A stretch of DNA of 64,000 nucleotides. Source: Spirochaetaceae bacterium (GTDB taxonomy: Bacteria; Spirochaetota; Spirochaetia; DSM-2461). This document shows, piece after piece, positions 40,006 through 49,915 of this stretch; position 1 is the stretch's first letter; every line of letters starts with the position of its first letter. The position numbers and the translations under genes were made by a program. Location of the stretch: contig JAOPTT010000011.1 of assembly GCA_051531975.1 (NCBI GenBank), forward strand, positions 1 through 64,000. Reading direction: 5' to 3'. Under the pieces are notes generated by a model, which worked only from the letters and a program-made list of their open reading frames with translations, did no database searches and was not told where the DNA came from.

Positions 40006-41373
40006 TTATAAATCTTTCATCATTTTAGTTGCAATTTTATTAGCATTTGTAATAATTTCATCCTCATCAATACCACATAATTTACCATCCTCTACAACAA
40101 TTTTTCCATTAACTATTGTATATTTAGTTTGGTGATTATTACCGGCAAATATAAGTGCAGCAAGTGGATCAGATAGTGTTCCTACATATTCTAATTTATT
40201 CAAATCAAAAATTGCCAAATCCGCAGCCATTCCTTCTTCGATCTTTCCTATGGAATCAAAACCAAGCAGTTTCGCACCATTTTTTGTTGCTAAACCTATA
40301 GCTTCCCGGGCAGTTAGACCATCAGCTCCATACTTAACTCTTTGCAGAAGTAGAGCAGTTCGTATTTCCCCTAAAAAGTCCGATGTATCGTTTGATGCAG
40401 AACCATCAACACCAAGGCCGACATTTATTCCAAGTTTTAACATCTCATTTACCCGGGCAATTCCAGAACCTAGACGCATATTTGAAGAAGGGCAGTGGGC
40501 AATGGATGTTTTTGTCTTTGCGAGCAGATTTAGTTCGTCATCATTAAAAAATATCCCGTGGGCATACGATACATCTTCACCGATGAAACCACATTCTTCC
40601 ATTATTGCAAGTGGTCTTTTTCCTAAAGAATTAATACAATAATCATTTTCATCACTAGTTTCTGCTAAGTGGGTATGTAGTCTAACTCCATAATTACGAG
40701 CCAATTTAACAGATTGTGTCATAAGATCTTTAGTAATAGAAAAAGGACTACAAGGTGCAAGTAATATTCGTTTCATGGAGAAGTCACTACTATCATGATA
40801 CTTCTCGATTACTCTTTGGCTGTCTTTAAGTATTTCATCATCTGTTTGCACAACAGAGTCTGGAGGCAATCCTCCATCCTTTTTGCTAAGGGACATTGAC
40901 CCCCGTGTTGGAGAAAATCGAATTCCTAATTTATCCGCAGCTTCAAACTGAATACCCATTAGATCACCTTTAAAACCTGCAGGATACAGATAATGATGGT
41001 CTGTTGTACATGTGCAGCCAGTTTTTAGAAGTTCTCCCATTGCTACTAAAGATGAATAATAAACAGCATCTTCATCTAGATGTTTCCAGACCTCATACAG
41101 ATATATTAGCCAATCAAAAAGCTTAGCATTTTGTACTGCTGGAATGTTACGGGTCAAAGTTTGAAAAAAGTGATGATGTGTATTAACAAAACCTGGAACT
41201 ACTACACATGTAGAGCAATCTATAATTTTAACATCACTACTATTAAATTTACTAACACCAATTTCTTTAGCTATCTTTTTTATTTTGTTGCCTTCTATTA
41301 ATATATCACTTCCTTTATTTCCATCTGTATCATTTGAAGTTGATATATATAGACAGTTTTTTAGTAATATCAT
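40006..41373 (-). CDS. 8-oxoguanine deaminase-like amidohydrolase
   Basis: PGFVNTHHHFFQTLTR, DHHY, APCSPFS, HTHLAET, HCPSSNMRL, GVDGSASND. Confidence 0.85.
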   Translation of the reverse strand: MILLKNCLYISTSNDTDGNKGSDILIEGNKIKKIAKEIGVSKFNSSDVKIIDCSTCVVVPGFVNTHHHFFQTLTRNIPAVQNAKLFDWLIYLYEVWKHLDEDAVYYSSLVAMGELLKTGCTCTTDHHYLYPAGFKGDLMGIQFEAADKLGIRFSPTRGSMSLSKKDGGLPPDSVVQTDDEILKDSQRVIEKYHDSSDFSMKRILLAPCSPFSITKDLMTQSVKLARNYGVRLHTHLAETSDENDYCINSLGKRPLAIMEECGFIGEDVSYAHGIFFNDDELNLLAKTKTSIAHCPSSNMRLGSGIARVNEMLKLGINVGLGVDGSASNDTSDFLGEIRTALLLQRVKYGADGLTAREAIGLATKNGAKLLGFDSIGKIEEGMAADLAIFDLNKLEYVGTLSDPLAALIFAGNNHQTKYTIVNGKIVVEDGKLCGIDEDEIITNANKIATKMMKDL

Positions 41374-42830
41374 AATGCTGCTACACGTTTATTAAAATCT
41401 ATGATAAGTTCATCAATTTTAGGTGTCAGTTTATAAATATCTGTCCAATAATTTCTGTCATACCATTGTGCGTTTATTTCATCATATGTTTTACCTTGCT
41501 GTTCAACCCAGGTATAATACTTTAGATTGTGGATACGCTTTTTATCTAAATAGGAGAGTTCAAGTAAATTATCAGTAGTTAACTGTGTTATTAGATCATA
41601 ATCCCTAATGGCATCTTCTCTGGTATACTTACCTCTTTCCTCAGTTAGTTCATCTAAACGAGACTGATACATTTCACAGGAGTCTGTAAAGACTGTCATA
41701 ACAACATCATCTTCTGTTAATTCATAATATTTAGCAAATTTTATAGCTGATATAAGGTTCCCGATACCTGAGACACCCATGAGTCCAAGGTTGTCTAACA
41801 GATTTTTATCAATACCCTGTTCTGCAAGATATTCCCTTCCTACACCATCGTTAAATAGTCTCAACAATCTGATAGCATGCTCATCATCTACTGCTATTAC
41901 CATATCTGTATTTCGTACATTATGAATCCATGGGACATGTTTATCACCGATACCTTCAATCCGATGCCCACCAAAACCGTTGTTAAGTAGGGTAGGACAT
42001 TGCAGAGCTTCACTTACCGCTAATTTTGCAAAAGGGAATACTGTTTTTAAATATTCACCACTGGCTAAAGTTCCTCCAGAACCTGAAGCTAGACAAGTCC
42101 CTGCAAATCTACCTTTTGGACCCATAATTTTTTTAATAACTTTTTCCATGGCATTTCCGGTAACTTCATGATGCCATAGATGATTTCCAAACTGTTCAAA
42201 CTGATTATAGAAAAAAAGTGAATCTCCTCTGGTTTCTTTTAATTCCTTACATTTGTCAAATATTTCTTTTACATTACTTTCACAACCTGGTGTTGCAATA
42301 GTTTCACCTGCAATATCAGCAAGCCAATTAAACCTTTCTTTTGACATTTCTTCCGGTAGAATTGCAATTGAATCACAGCCTAATAATCTTGAAATATATG
42401 CACCACCACGACAATAATTTCCCGTGGAAGGCCAGACTGCCTTATGTTTATCCGGATTAAATTGTCCTGTTACTAAGGTAGGGGCAATACATCCATAACT
42501 AGCACCAACTTTATGTGCTCCAGTTGGAAACCATTTACCAACCAAGGCCACAATACGTGCCTTAACACCGGTTAATTCCGATGGTAGTTCCATGTAGTTT
42601 ACATCGCCATACTGACCACCTTCTTTTTTAGGTTCATTATGCCAGTTTACTCTAAATAGATTTTTGGAATGAATATCCCAGAGACCTATACCTTTTAGTT
42701 CATCTTGTATATTTTGGGGTATGGTTTCAGGATTCTTCATCTGTTCGAATGTGGGAAGTATTATTCCCTGTTCTTTACACTGCCTTGCCGTTTTTTCAAT
42801 CTGCTCTTCGTTCATAGTTAAATCAATCAT
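41370..42830 (-). CDS. PLP-dependent fold-type II enzyme (cysteine-synthase-like, uncharacterised long form)
   Basis: PTGAHKV (PLP Lys), STGNY, SGSGGT, HRIEGIGD. Confidence 0.8.
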   Translation of the reverse strand: MIDLTMNEEQIEKTARQCKEQGIILPTFEQMKNPETIPQNIQDELKGIGLWDIHSKNLFRVNWHNEPKKEGGQYGDVNYMELPSELTGVKARIVALVGKWFPTGAHKVGASYGCIAPTLVTGQFNPDKHKAVWPSTGNYCRGGAYISRLLGCDSIAILPEEMSKERFNWLADIAGETIATPGCESNVKEIFDKCKELKETRGDSLFFYNQFEQFGNHLWHHEVTGNAMEKVIKKIMGPKGRFAGTCLASGSGGTLASGEYLKTVFPFAKLAVSEALQCPTLLNNGFGGHRIEGIGDKHVPWIHNVRNTDMVIAVDDEHAIRLLRLFNDGVGREYLAEQGIDKNLLDNLGLMGVSGIGNLISAIKFAKYYELTEDDVVMTVFTDSCEMYQSRLDELTEERGKYTREDAIRDYDLITQLTTDNLLELSYLDKKRIHNLKYYTWVEQQGKTYDEINAQWYDRNYWTDIYKLTPKIDELIIDFNKRVAAL

Positions 42831-43987
42831 TTTTCCTCCAAAATATTTTGTTGTAATCCCTTTGTGGCTGCTGATATATCTTTTAATCCGTTTCCAGTTA
42901 TTAACAATACAATTGTCCCAGTAACGGGAAGACTATTTCTTTCCTTTAAAAACCCTGCATATGAAGATGCTGCAGCAGGTTCTGCAAAGAGGCCTCCAAG
43001 TGATGCCATCTCTTTTTGTGCATTAAGTATCTGTTCATCTGATACTGTTATAACTTTACCGTTGTATTTTTTAAGCATTTTTAATGCATAATATCCACCT
43101 CGGGGAATATCAACGGAAATTGAGTCTGCAATAGTTGATGAGCTTATAGGGTTATCAAAGTTTCCTGTTTTAAGGGCAGTATAGATGGCACTACTACCTT
43201 CTGCCTGAACACCATAAACAGTAGGAACTTTTTCTATGAACCCAAGTTGTTTTAAATCTGCAAAACCCTTATAGATTCCACTTATAATTACTCCATCTCC
43301 AACAGGGACAAAAAGATAATCTGGAGCTTTTTGTAGCTGCTTAAATATTTCCAGTGCTACTGTCTTTTTTCCCTCTATTGTCATTGGATTGAAGGCAGTA
43401 TTACGATTTAATCCACCTTCTTTTTTGGAATACTCTAATGAAAGGTCAAAAGCCATGTCATAATTCCCATCGACTTTTACAACTTCAGCACCATATTGTA
43501 ACGCCTGAATTATCTTGGCCTGGGGAGCGGATTTAGGTAGAAAAAGTTTTATTTTTAGCCCGGCAGCAGCTCCTACACCAGACATAGAGGAGCCTGCATT
43601 ACCTGTAGAAGCTAAAACAATTTTGCTTATTTTATGTTTAATAGCAAATGCTGCAACTAAATATGAAGCTCTATCTTTTAAGGAGCCCGTAGGATTTAGT
43701 GAATCATCTTTGATAAAAAGCCCATTAAATCCTGTCTTCTTACGTATTCGCTCCGGCTCCCATAAAGGAGTATTCCCCACTGGTATTGCTGGAAAATACT
43801 TCTTCTCAACAGGAAGTAGTTCATGAATATCTAAGCCACCTTCTATAATACCTGTTAACTTAACTTCTAAAATTCCCCGTAATGGTTCAGTATTTTTTTG
43901 AAGTAATGAACACTTTTTACAAAGCATTATATCGGGAGTTATTTCATATTCTTTTCCACATTCACTGCAAATATAGCTAAACTTCAT
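42827..43987 (-). CDS. Threonine-synthase-like PLP enzyme with N-terminal Zn ribbon
   Basis: CSECG..CKKC, GNTPL, NPTGSLKDR, ASTGNAG, PVGDG, EPAAA, TGNGLKD. Confidence 0.85.
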   Translation of the reverse strand: MKFSYICSECGKEYEITPDIMLCKKCSLLQKNTEPLRGILEVKLTGIIEGGLDIHELLPVEKKYFPAIPVGNTPLWEPERIRKKTGFNGLFIKDDSLNPTGSLKDRASYLVAAFAIKHKISKIVLASTGNAGSSMSGVGAAAGLKIKLFLPKSAPQAKIIQALQYGAEVVKVDGNYDMAFDLSLEYSKKEGGLNRNTAFNPMTIEGKKTVALEIFKQLQKAPDYLFVPVGDGVIISGIYKGFADLKQLGFIEKVPTVYGVQAEGSSAIYTALKTGNFDNPISSSTIADSISVDIPRGGYYALKMLKKYNGKVITVSDEQILNAQKEMASLGGLFAEPAAASSYAGFLKERNSLPVTGTIVLLITGNGLKDISAATKGLQQNILEEK

Positions 43988-43989
43988 GT

Positions 43990-45207
43990 TTACTTTTCAT
44001 CCAATATATAAGGCAACATTGCATAAAATGCTGCACAAATCTTTAAATCTTCTACTCGATTTATTTCATTTGGAGCATGAGCTTGATCCTCATCTCCTGG
44101 GCCAAATCCTACAGCTGGAATTTTATGTCTTCCTGTTGTTGCAACTAAGTTTGTAGAAAAGGTCCATTTATCAACAATGGGTTTTTTACCAAAAAGTTTT
44201 TCATAGGCTACTACTCCGGCCAAAACAAGAGGGTGGTCCTGATTAACTTTCCAGGTTGGGAAATATAACTCCTGACCATATTCTTTACCTCTATAACCTT
44301 TTTTATTAAAATCTGGCATATAAACTTCGATCTTATCCTCATCTTCCCCGGTTGCTTCTGCCATATATTTTTTAACCTGTGAGATTGCAAGTTTATCGTC
44401 CTCTCCCCAGGTTAATCGTCTATCCATATAAATCGTGGCCTGATCAGGTACTGCGCACTGAGAAGGTCCCTTAACGTCTATTTTAGAAACAACTATTGTA
44501 CCCTTTCCTAAAAAGTTATCATCATCAGGTTTAAGATCTTCGTTTAACTTTTCTATTGCTAATACAGCTTTAGCAGCTTTATAGCCAGCATTTACACCAC
44601 GTTCTGGAGCTGACCCATGGGAAGAGACACCCTTTAATTTTGCCTCTATTTCCATTCTACCTCGATGACCTCTATACAGATTACAACTTGTAGGTTCTGT
44701 GGAAACAACTAGATCTGGTTTAAGATTTTCCTCTTCTATTAAATATTTCCAGCACATACCATCACAATCTTCTTCTAGAACAGTAAAGGTAAAATAGATA
44801 GTATAATTACCTGTATAATCCAATTCTTTAAGGATACGACCGGCAGTAATCATTGAGGCTGCTCCACCCTTTTGATCCGAAGCTCCACGTCCATGAACAA
44901 TTCCGTCTTTAATTAGGCCTGAAAATGGGTCTAGGTCCCACTGGTTTATATCACCTTTCTCAACAGTATCAATATGGGCATCAAATGCGATTGATTTAGG
45001 ACCGCTGCCTATTTTAGCTATAACACTTCCTAATCCATCAATTCTAACTTCATCAAAACCTGCCTCATTACAAAGCTCTACAATTTTTTTACAAACAGCC
45101 TCTTCCTGGCCACTGTAAGAACGAATTTTGATTAAGGATGAAAGATTTTCTGCAGTATAATCACTATACTCCACCGCTTTTTTTAAAATTTCTTCATTGA
45201 TTACCAT
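43990..45207 (-). CDS. ygeY: YgeY family M20 hydrolase
   Basis: DAHIDTV, GRGASDQKG, EEDCDG, RGHRGRME, HGSAPERG, WTFSTN, AHAPNE. Confidence 0.93.
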   Translation of the reverse strand: MVINEEILKKAVEYSDYTAENLSSLIKIRSYSGQEEAVCKKIVELCNEAGFDEVRIDGLGSVIAKIGSGPKSIAFDAHIDTVEKGDINQWDLDPFSGLIKDGIVHGRGASDQKGGAASMITAGRILKELDYTGNYTIYFTFTVLEEDCDGMCWKYLIEEENLKPDLVVSTEPTSCNLYRGHRGRMEIEAKLKGVSSHGSAPERGVNAGYKAAKAVLAIEKLNEDLKPDDDNFLGKGTIVVSKIDVKGPSQCAVPDQATIYMDRRLTWGEDDKLAISQVKKYMAEATGEDEDKIEVYMPDFNKKGYRGKEYGQELYFPTWKVNQDHPLVLAGVVAYEKLFGKKPIVDKWTFSTNLVATTGRHKIPAVGFGPGDEDQAHAPNEINRVEDLKICAAFYAMLPYILDEK

Positions 45208-45222
45208 ATTAAATTGCTCCTT

Positions 45223-46551
45223 TTAATTTTTTAAATTATCCATTTTTTCCCAGAGACGCTCTGTTGCTTTTGTTGCTTTTTCATATATTTCTTTGACATC
45301 AAAGGGGAATTGTCTGTCTTCATAAACAATTTTTCCATTTATTATGACAGTTTTCACATCATGAGAAGACATTCCAAAGGCCATATGCCCTGGAATATTC
45401 TCAGCAAGTAGTGGTGTCGGGGAATTGTAATCAGAAATAACAAGGTCTGCTTTATATCCAGCTTCGATTTTCCCAAACTTCGCTTCAAAGTTTCTTTCAA
45501 GCAGTCTATTTCCGTTATTTAGAAATTTCAGATAGCTATCTGGCCACATTGGACCTCGGTTATCTTTATGTTTAAAATATGCAAATTTAAACTCTTCAAA
45601 CATATTGCTTCCAATTCCATCTGTACCTAGTGCTAAGTTATTAATTTTATCTAATTTGTTATTGTAACCTACTGCATTATTCATATTGGAGCGGGGAGTA
45701 TGTACTAAAAAACAATCTTTATCGTTTAATATCTTAATATCCTCTTCTTCAAGATGTACTCCATGAACAACAATACTTTTACTATTTAAGAGACCAAAGT
45801 CATCTAATCTACTAAGGACATTTTTACTATATTTATCATGGGAATAAAAGTTATCATAAAGATCCTCTGCAACATGAATATGAATACCTCTACCTGTTTT
45901 TTCCATTGCTTCTGCAAGTAGGGACAGCCCTTCATCAGGAATAGTAAAAGGTGCGTGTCCACCTATAAGTGCTTCTACTAAATATGGTTTTCTTGGATCT
46001 TTTTTATCGGCATCTATAGCTTTTGCAAAGTTTATATTCTCTTCTATTCCATCTTTCATCTGCTCTAGGCCGTTTCTATCAGTTACTTCATAACAGGTTA
46101 AACCTCTAAGCCCAGTTTTTAGAAAGCCCTCTTTTAATGTATTCAGAGAACCTTGTATATAGGAGGGTGAGGAGTGGTGATCAATAACTGCAGTAGTTCC
46201 TGATTTTATTGCATCTAATGAACAAATAAGTCCACTATATAGGAGGATTTCTTCGTCTATAGCTCTATCTAAACGCCACCATAAGTTTTGTAAAATAGAG
46301 ATGAAATCTGTACTAGGTTTTATTTTTGCCATAATACCTCTGGCCAAACCTGAATAAAAATGATTATGAGAGCATACCAATCCGGGATAGATAATCTCAC
46401 CTGCAAGATCTATAACTCTTTCAGCTTTATATCTGTTTTCCAAATTGATACCTACTTCTTTTATTAAAGTTTCTTCAATAGCTATATCCATACCTTTTCT
46501 TACTAAAGGTGGTTCAAATTGTACTATTGTTGCATTTTTTAATAAAATCAT
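45223..46551 (-). CDS. ssnA: Putative aminohydrolase SsnA
   Basis: HNHFYSGLARG, LWWRLDR, DHHSSP, HAPFT, HVAED, SNMNNAVG, LGTDG. Confidence 0.93.
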   Translation of the reverse strand: MILLKNATIVQFEPPLVRKGMDIAIEETLIKEVGINLENRYKAERVIDLAGEIIYPGLVCSHNHFYSGLARGIMAKIKPSTDFISILQNLWWRLDRAIDEEILLYSGLICSLDAIKSGTTAVIDHHSSPSYIQGSLNTLKEGFLKTGLRGLTCYEVTDRNGLEQMKDGIEENINFAKAIDADKKDPRKPYLVEALIGGHAPFTIPDEGLSLLAEAMEKTGRGIHIHVAEDLYDNFYSHDKYSKNVLSRLDDFGLLNSKSIVVHGVHLEEEDIKILNDKDCFLVHTPRSNMNNAVGYNNKLDKINNLALGTDGIGSNMFEEFKFAYFKHKDNRGPMWPDSYLKFLNNGNRLLERNFEAKFGKIEAGYKADLVISDYNSPTPLLAENIPGHMAFGMSSHDVKTVIINGKIVYEDRQFPFDVKEIYEKATKATERLWEKMDNLKN

Positions 46552-46569
46552 ACTTACTCCTACATTCTT

Positions 46570-49500
46570 CTATGCTATAACCGGACCTAATAGATAATTA
46601 TGTTTTGTAATTATTATATCTATTACACTAATGGCATTTATTACAGACTTATCTTTACTATCAATATTTTTAATTCTGTTATCCTCTGTTAGTTCTAAGT
46701 TATATATCTTTCCAGCTAAACGAAGCTTGATTTGACGGTTATCAATTAGGAAACCGCTGTTTTCACTATTTTGAAAGTCCTCTTTTAGATTAAAAATTGT
46801 TAGTTTATCTTTGTATGGTAAACCATCATATGGGCAAAACGTTCCACAATTCCCACACTCATTACAGTAGGCATCGATGTGAACTATTTGGAAAGGATCA
46901 TTAAAATTATTGGTGAAATTTTCACCGTTGCAAGGGATGGCTATATTTGCTCTATTTGGACATACATCTACACATTTATTACAAATATAATTACATTCTA
47001 GGCATCTTGATGCTTCATTTTTAGCAAAGGCTGTAATCTCGTCTAGGTCTAAACTGTTATTAAGTTTACCCTTTCTGCCTAGTATTGCTGTAGTATCAGT
47101 TTCAAACTTAACTGTTACATCAGCATGGGAATATCCATGTTCTCTATCAATTATCGTATCAGCAGTTAATCTTGCATCTGCAATACATTCAACAATGGTG
47201 GAGGGCCCAGTACGGGAATCACCAATTAAAAACACATTGTTTATTGTTGTTTCATTTGTTTTGTTATCAATATCGGTTTTGCCCTTATTCCCAAGTGGCA
47301 GTCCTAGACTTTCTATAACTTCTGTATCTACATGCTCTCCAATTGCAGTTATTACCGTATCAATTTTAAAGGTTTGTGTAGATACTGTTGCTATAGGGCG
47401 ACGTCTACCACTAGAATCTGGTTCCCCTAATTTCATAACTGAACAAGTTAGATCTTCCTTAAATTTTATAGGATTTCTTAAGAAGTGAAACTCTACTCCA
47501 TCTTCTAAAGCTTCTTCATATTCTTCTCTATCTGCAGGCATCTCTTTTTGTGTTCTTCTATAAATCACTATAACCGATTGGGTATCTTTTAACTTTAATG
47601 CTGCCCTAGCACTATCCATGGCAGTATTTCCTCCACCAATAACAGCAACATTTTTACCAATTTTTAGTGAATCTGGATTTTTATTAAATTGGCCTAGGAA
47701 TTCTAACGATTCTAATATGTTATTATTGTCATTTTCTATATTTAAGTAATTTCCTTTTTCGGCACCTATTCCAATACAGATATACTTAAATCCATCAGTT
47801 TTTAGAGATTTAATACTAAGACTACTATCTACTCCGTATTCAAATTTAACTCCATGTGCTTTAATAAAATTTATATCTCTTTCTACGGCATCTTTTGGTA
47901 TACGAAAATTCGGTATAATATTATTAACAACTCCACCTGCTGATTGCTCTTTTTCAAATACAGTTACTAAAAATCCATTTCTTGCTAGGAAAAAGGCAGC
48001 AGAAAGTCCTGCGGGTCCAGCACCAATAACTGCAACTTTTATATTTTTATCTAATTTAGGTTTGATCCAACCATCTTTAAACTCACTAAATCCGTTTTCA
48101 ACTGCAATTTTTTTCATCTCACGAATTTGAACAGCACCTTCGTAATCTAATCTTGTACAGTTATACATACACTGATGATCACAAATATATCCAGTAATTG
48201 AGGGAAGGGCATTTTTTGTATAGATTAATTCAATTGCCTCTTTATACTTTTTTTCTCCAACTAATTTAATATATTCAGGAATATCCTGATGAATAGGACA
48301 TGCATAAATACAAGGGGCGATATAACAATCAAATAGGGGAAGTGGTTTATTAACACTTATTTTATCATCACCTCGCCACTGCTTTTTTAAGTGACTTTCA
48401 GTAAGACAATCTTTTGCTAATTGTTTAAGTAGAGGTACATTGATAGACGTTCTATTCCAATCTGATGAATCAGTGGATGTCTCTAATTCCATAGCTGATT
48501 CTTTCATTCTTACATAGCCACCAGGCTTTAGTAGATCAGTTGCCATAGTTATTGGATGTATTCCGGTTTTAAAAATTTGTTTAATATTTATAGAAGAAGC
48601 ACCACCTGAATAGGAGATAGGAATATTACCATTAAATTCTTCTGCCAGCAAACTTGCAAGATTTATAGAAAGTGGATATAAAGCTCGACCGGACATGTAC
48701 ATTTCAGAACCTGGAAGCATCTGTTTGTTATTAATAATTCCTAATGTATTAGTAAGTTTAACTCCAAATTTTATGTTGTTTTCCACCGCCAGTTTCATTA
48801 GACGTCTTAACATTTTAATAGCATCATTAAACTGCAGATCATTATCAAATGATTCTTCTTTCATTTCGATATAGTTAAAACCAAGATTATCTAATATGTC
48901 TCTTACCATATTAAACCCAAGCAGTGTAGGGTTAAGTTTTACAAAGGTATTCAGTCCCTTTTGTGTTATCATATATTCACAAATTGCTTCGATCTCTTTT
49001 GGAGGACAACCATGCATAGTTGACAGAGTAAGTGATTTACATATCTGTGTCGGTATCTTCTTTGATAGACCTTTTAGTGACTCAATTTTTGACTCAATTC
49101 CAGTACCATTAAGGAAACTTGATTCTTCGATTATCCGGTCTAAAGCTGTTAAATAGTTTTTAAAAACCACGTTAGAGGATGAATCAATCATATCCATAAT
49201 GAAACGATCCATCTTAGGACTCTTAATTCCCTTTAAATCGTATCCGACACTCATATTAAATATAAACGAACGTTCTTTACCAACTTTAAAACCGAATAAA
49301 AGTTCTATAAGGTGAAGAAGAATCCAAGCTTTTATATATTCATCATATGCTTTTTCTAAAGTGAATTCAGATGACCACTCTGTATTAAATGCTTCATCAT
49401 CAGCATCTATACATGGCTTTTCAATTTCCAGGGTATCTATAATCTGAACGGTCTTTAACTCTATAAACCGTCCTCCTGTTAAATAGGAGCTAATGATATT

Positions 49501-49701
49501 TTGTGCTAACTGTGTATGAGGACCTGCTGCTGGTCCAACCGGTGTATCACAATGTTCGCCAAATACTTCACTTCTGTTTTTATTAGTTTTATGAAAGAAA
49601 TTGATTTGAGAGATTTCAAATATGGAATTTGAAACTTTATATTCACTAAAGATTCTTTTTAATAGTTCCTCGAACGGAACCTGTCTCATTATATCTCCCA
49701 T
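46570..49701 (-). CDS. ygfK: YgfK flavo-Fe-S oxidoreductase
   Basis: MGDIMR start after GGAGG; GPAAGPHTQL, KLNPTLLG, CIYACP, GAGPAG, GGGNTAMD, C-terminal 4Fe-4S motifs (CNKCVDVCP, CNECGNC). Confidence 0.94.
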   Translation of the reverse strand: MGDIMRQVPFEELLKRIFSEYKVSNSIFEISQINFFHKTNKNRSEVFGEHCDTPVGPAAGPHTQLAQNIISSYLTGGRFIELKTVQIIDTLEIEKPCIDADDEAFNTEWSSEFTLEKAYDEYIKAWILLHLIELLFGFKVGKERSFIFNMSVGYDLKGIKSPKMDRFIMDMIDSSSNVVFKNYLTALDRIIEESSFLNGTGIESKIESLKGLSKKIPTQICKSLTLSTMHGCPPKEIEAICEYMITQKGLNTFVKLNPTLLGFNMVRDILDNLGFNYIEMKEESFDNDLQFNDAIKMLRRLMKLAVENNIKFGVKLTNTLGIINNKQMLPGSEMYMSGRALYPLSINLASLLAEEFNGNIPISYSGGASSINIKQIFKTGIHPITMATDLLKPGGYVRMKESAMELETSTDSSDWNRTSINVPLLKQLAKDCLTESHLKKQWRGDDKISVNKPLPLFDCYIAPCIYACPIHQDIPEYIKLVGEKKYKEAIELIYTKNALPSITGYICDHQCMYNCTRLDYEGAVQIREMKKIAVENGFSEFKDGWIKPKLDKNIKVAVIGAGPAGLSAAFFLARNGFLVTVFEKEQSAGGVVNNIIPNFRIPKDAVERDINFIKAHGVKFEYGVDSSLSIKSLKTDGFKYICIGIGAEKGNYLNIENDNNNILESLEFLGQFNKNPDSLKIGKNVAVIGGGNTAMDSARAALKLKDTQSVIVIYRRTQKEMPADREEYEEALEDGVEFHFLRNPIKFKEDLTCSVMKLGEPDSSGRRRPIATVSTQTFKIDTVITAIGEHVDTEVIESLGLPLGNKGKTDIDNKTNETTINNVFLIGDSRTGPSTIVECIADARLTADTIIDREHGYSHADVTVKFETDTTAILGRKGKLNNSLDLDEITAFAKNEASRCLECNYICNKCVDVCPNRANIAIPCNGENFTNNFNDPFQIVHIDAYCNECGNCGTFCPYDGLPYKDKLTIFNLKEDFQNSENSGFLIDNRQIKLRLAGKIYNLELTEDNRIKNIDSKDKSVINAISVIDIIITKHNYLLGPVIA

Positions 49702-49775
49702 AAAAACCTCCACCCAAACTATTTTTGATACATGGAAACAATTATTCTTTTTGGAGTTATTCTGAAAAAAAGAAT

Positions 49776-49848
49776 AAAAAAATCAGAAGACGTTGCCTTC
49801 TAAACTTAATATTAATTTAATGATAATATTGGTTTTTTTGTTTGGCAA
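49776..49848 (-). promoter_or_regulatory. ygfK operon promoter with a downstream terminator-like hairpin
   Basis: Minus strand TTGCCA(49848-49843)-17-TATCAT(49825-49820); AGAAGGC-AAC-GTCTTCT hairpin (49801-49785) then a T-tract. Confidence 0.5.
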
Positions 49849-49915
49849 GTACTTTTAATAAAAAATAAAGATTATGAATTTTATAAGATGTTCTACACAA
49901 CAAATAAATAGATTT

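Noticed and set aside
42827..43987. Calling this gene thrC (threonine biosynthesis)
   Set aside because: Motifs fit the family but the context is purine catabolic with no hom/thrB, so the symbol was withheld
36229..49701. In-frame UGA (selenocysteine) readthrough in the selenium-associated cluster
   Set aside because: xdhD, ygeY, ssnA and ygfK are full-length open frames; no truncation requiring recoding
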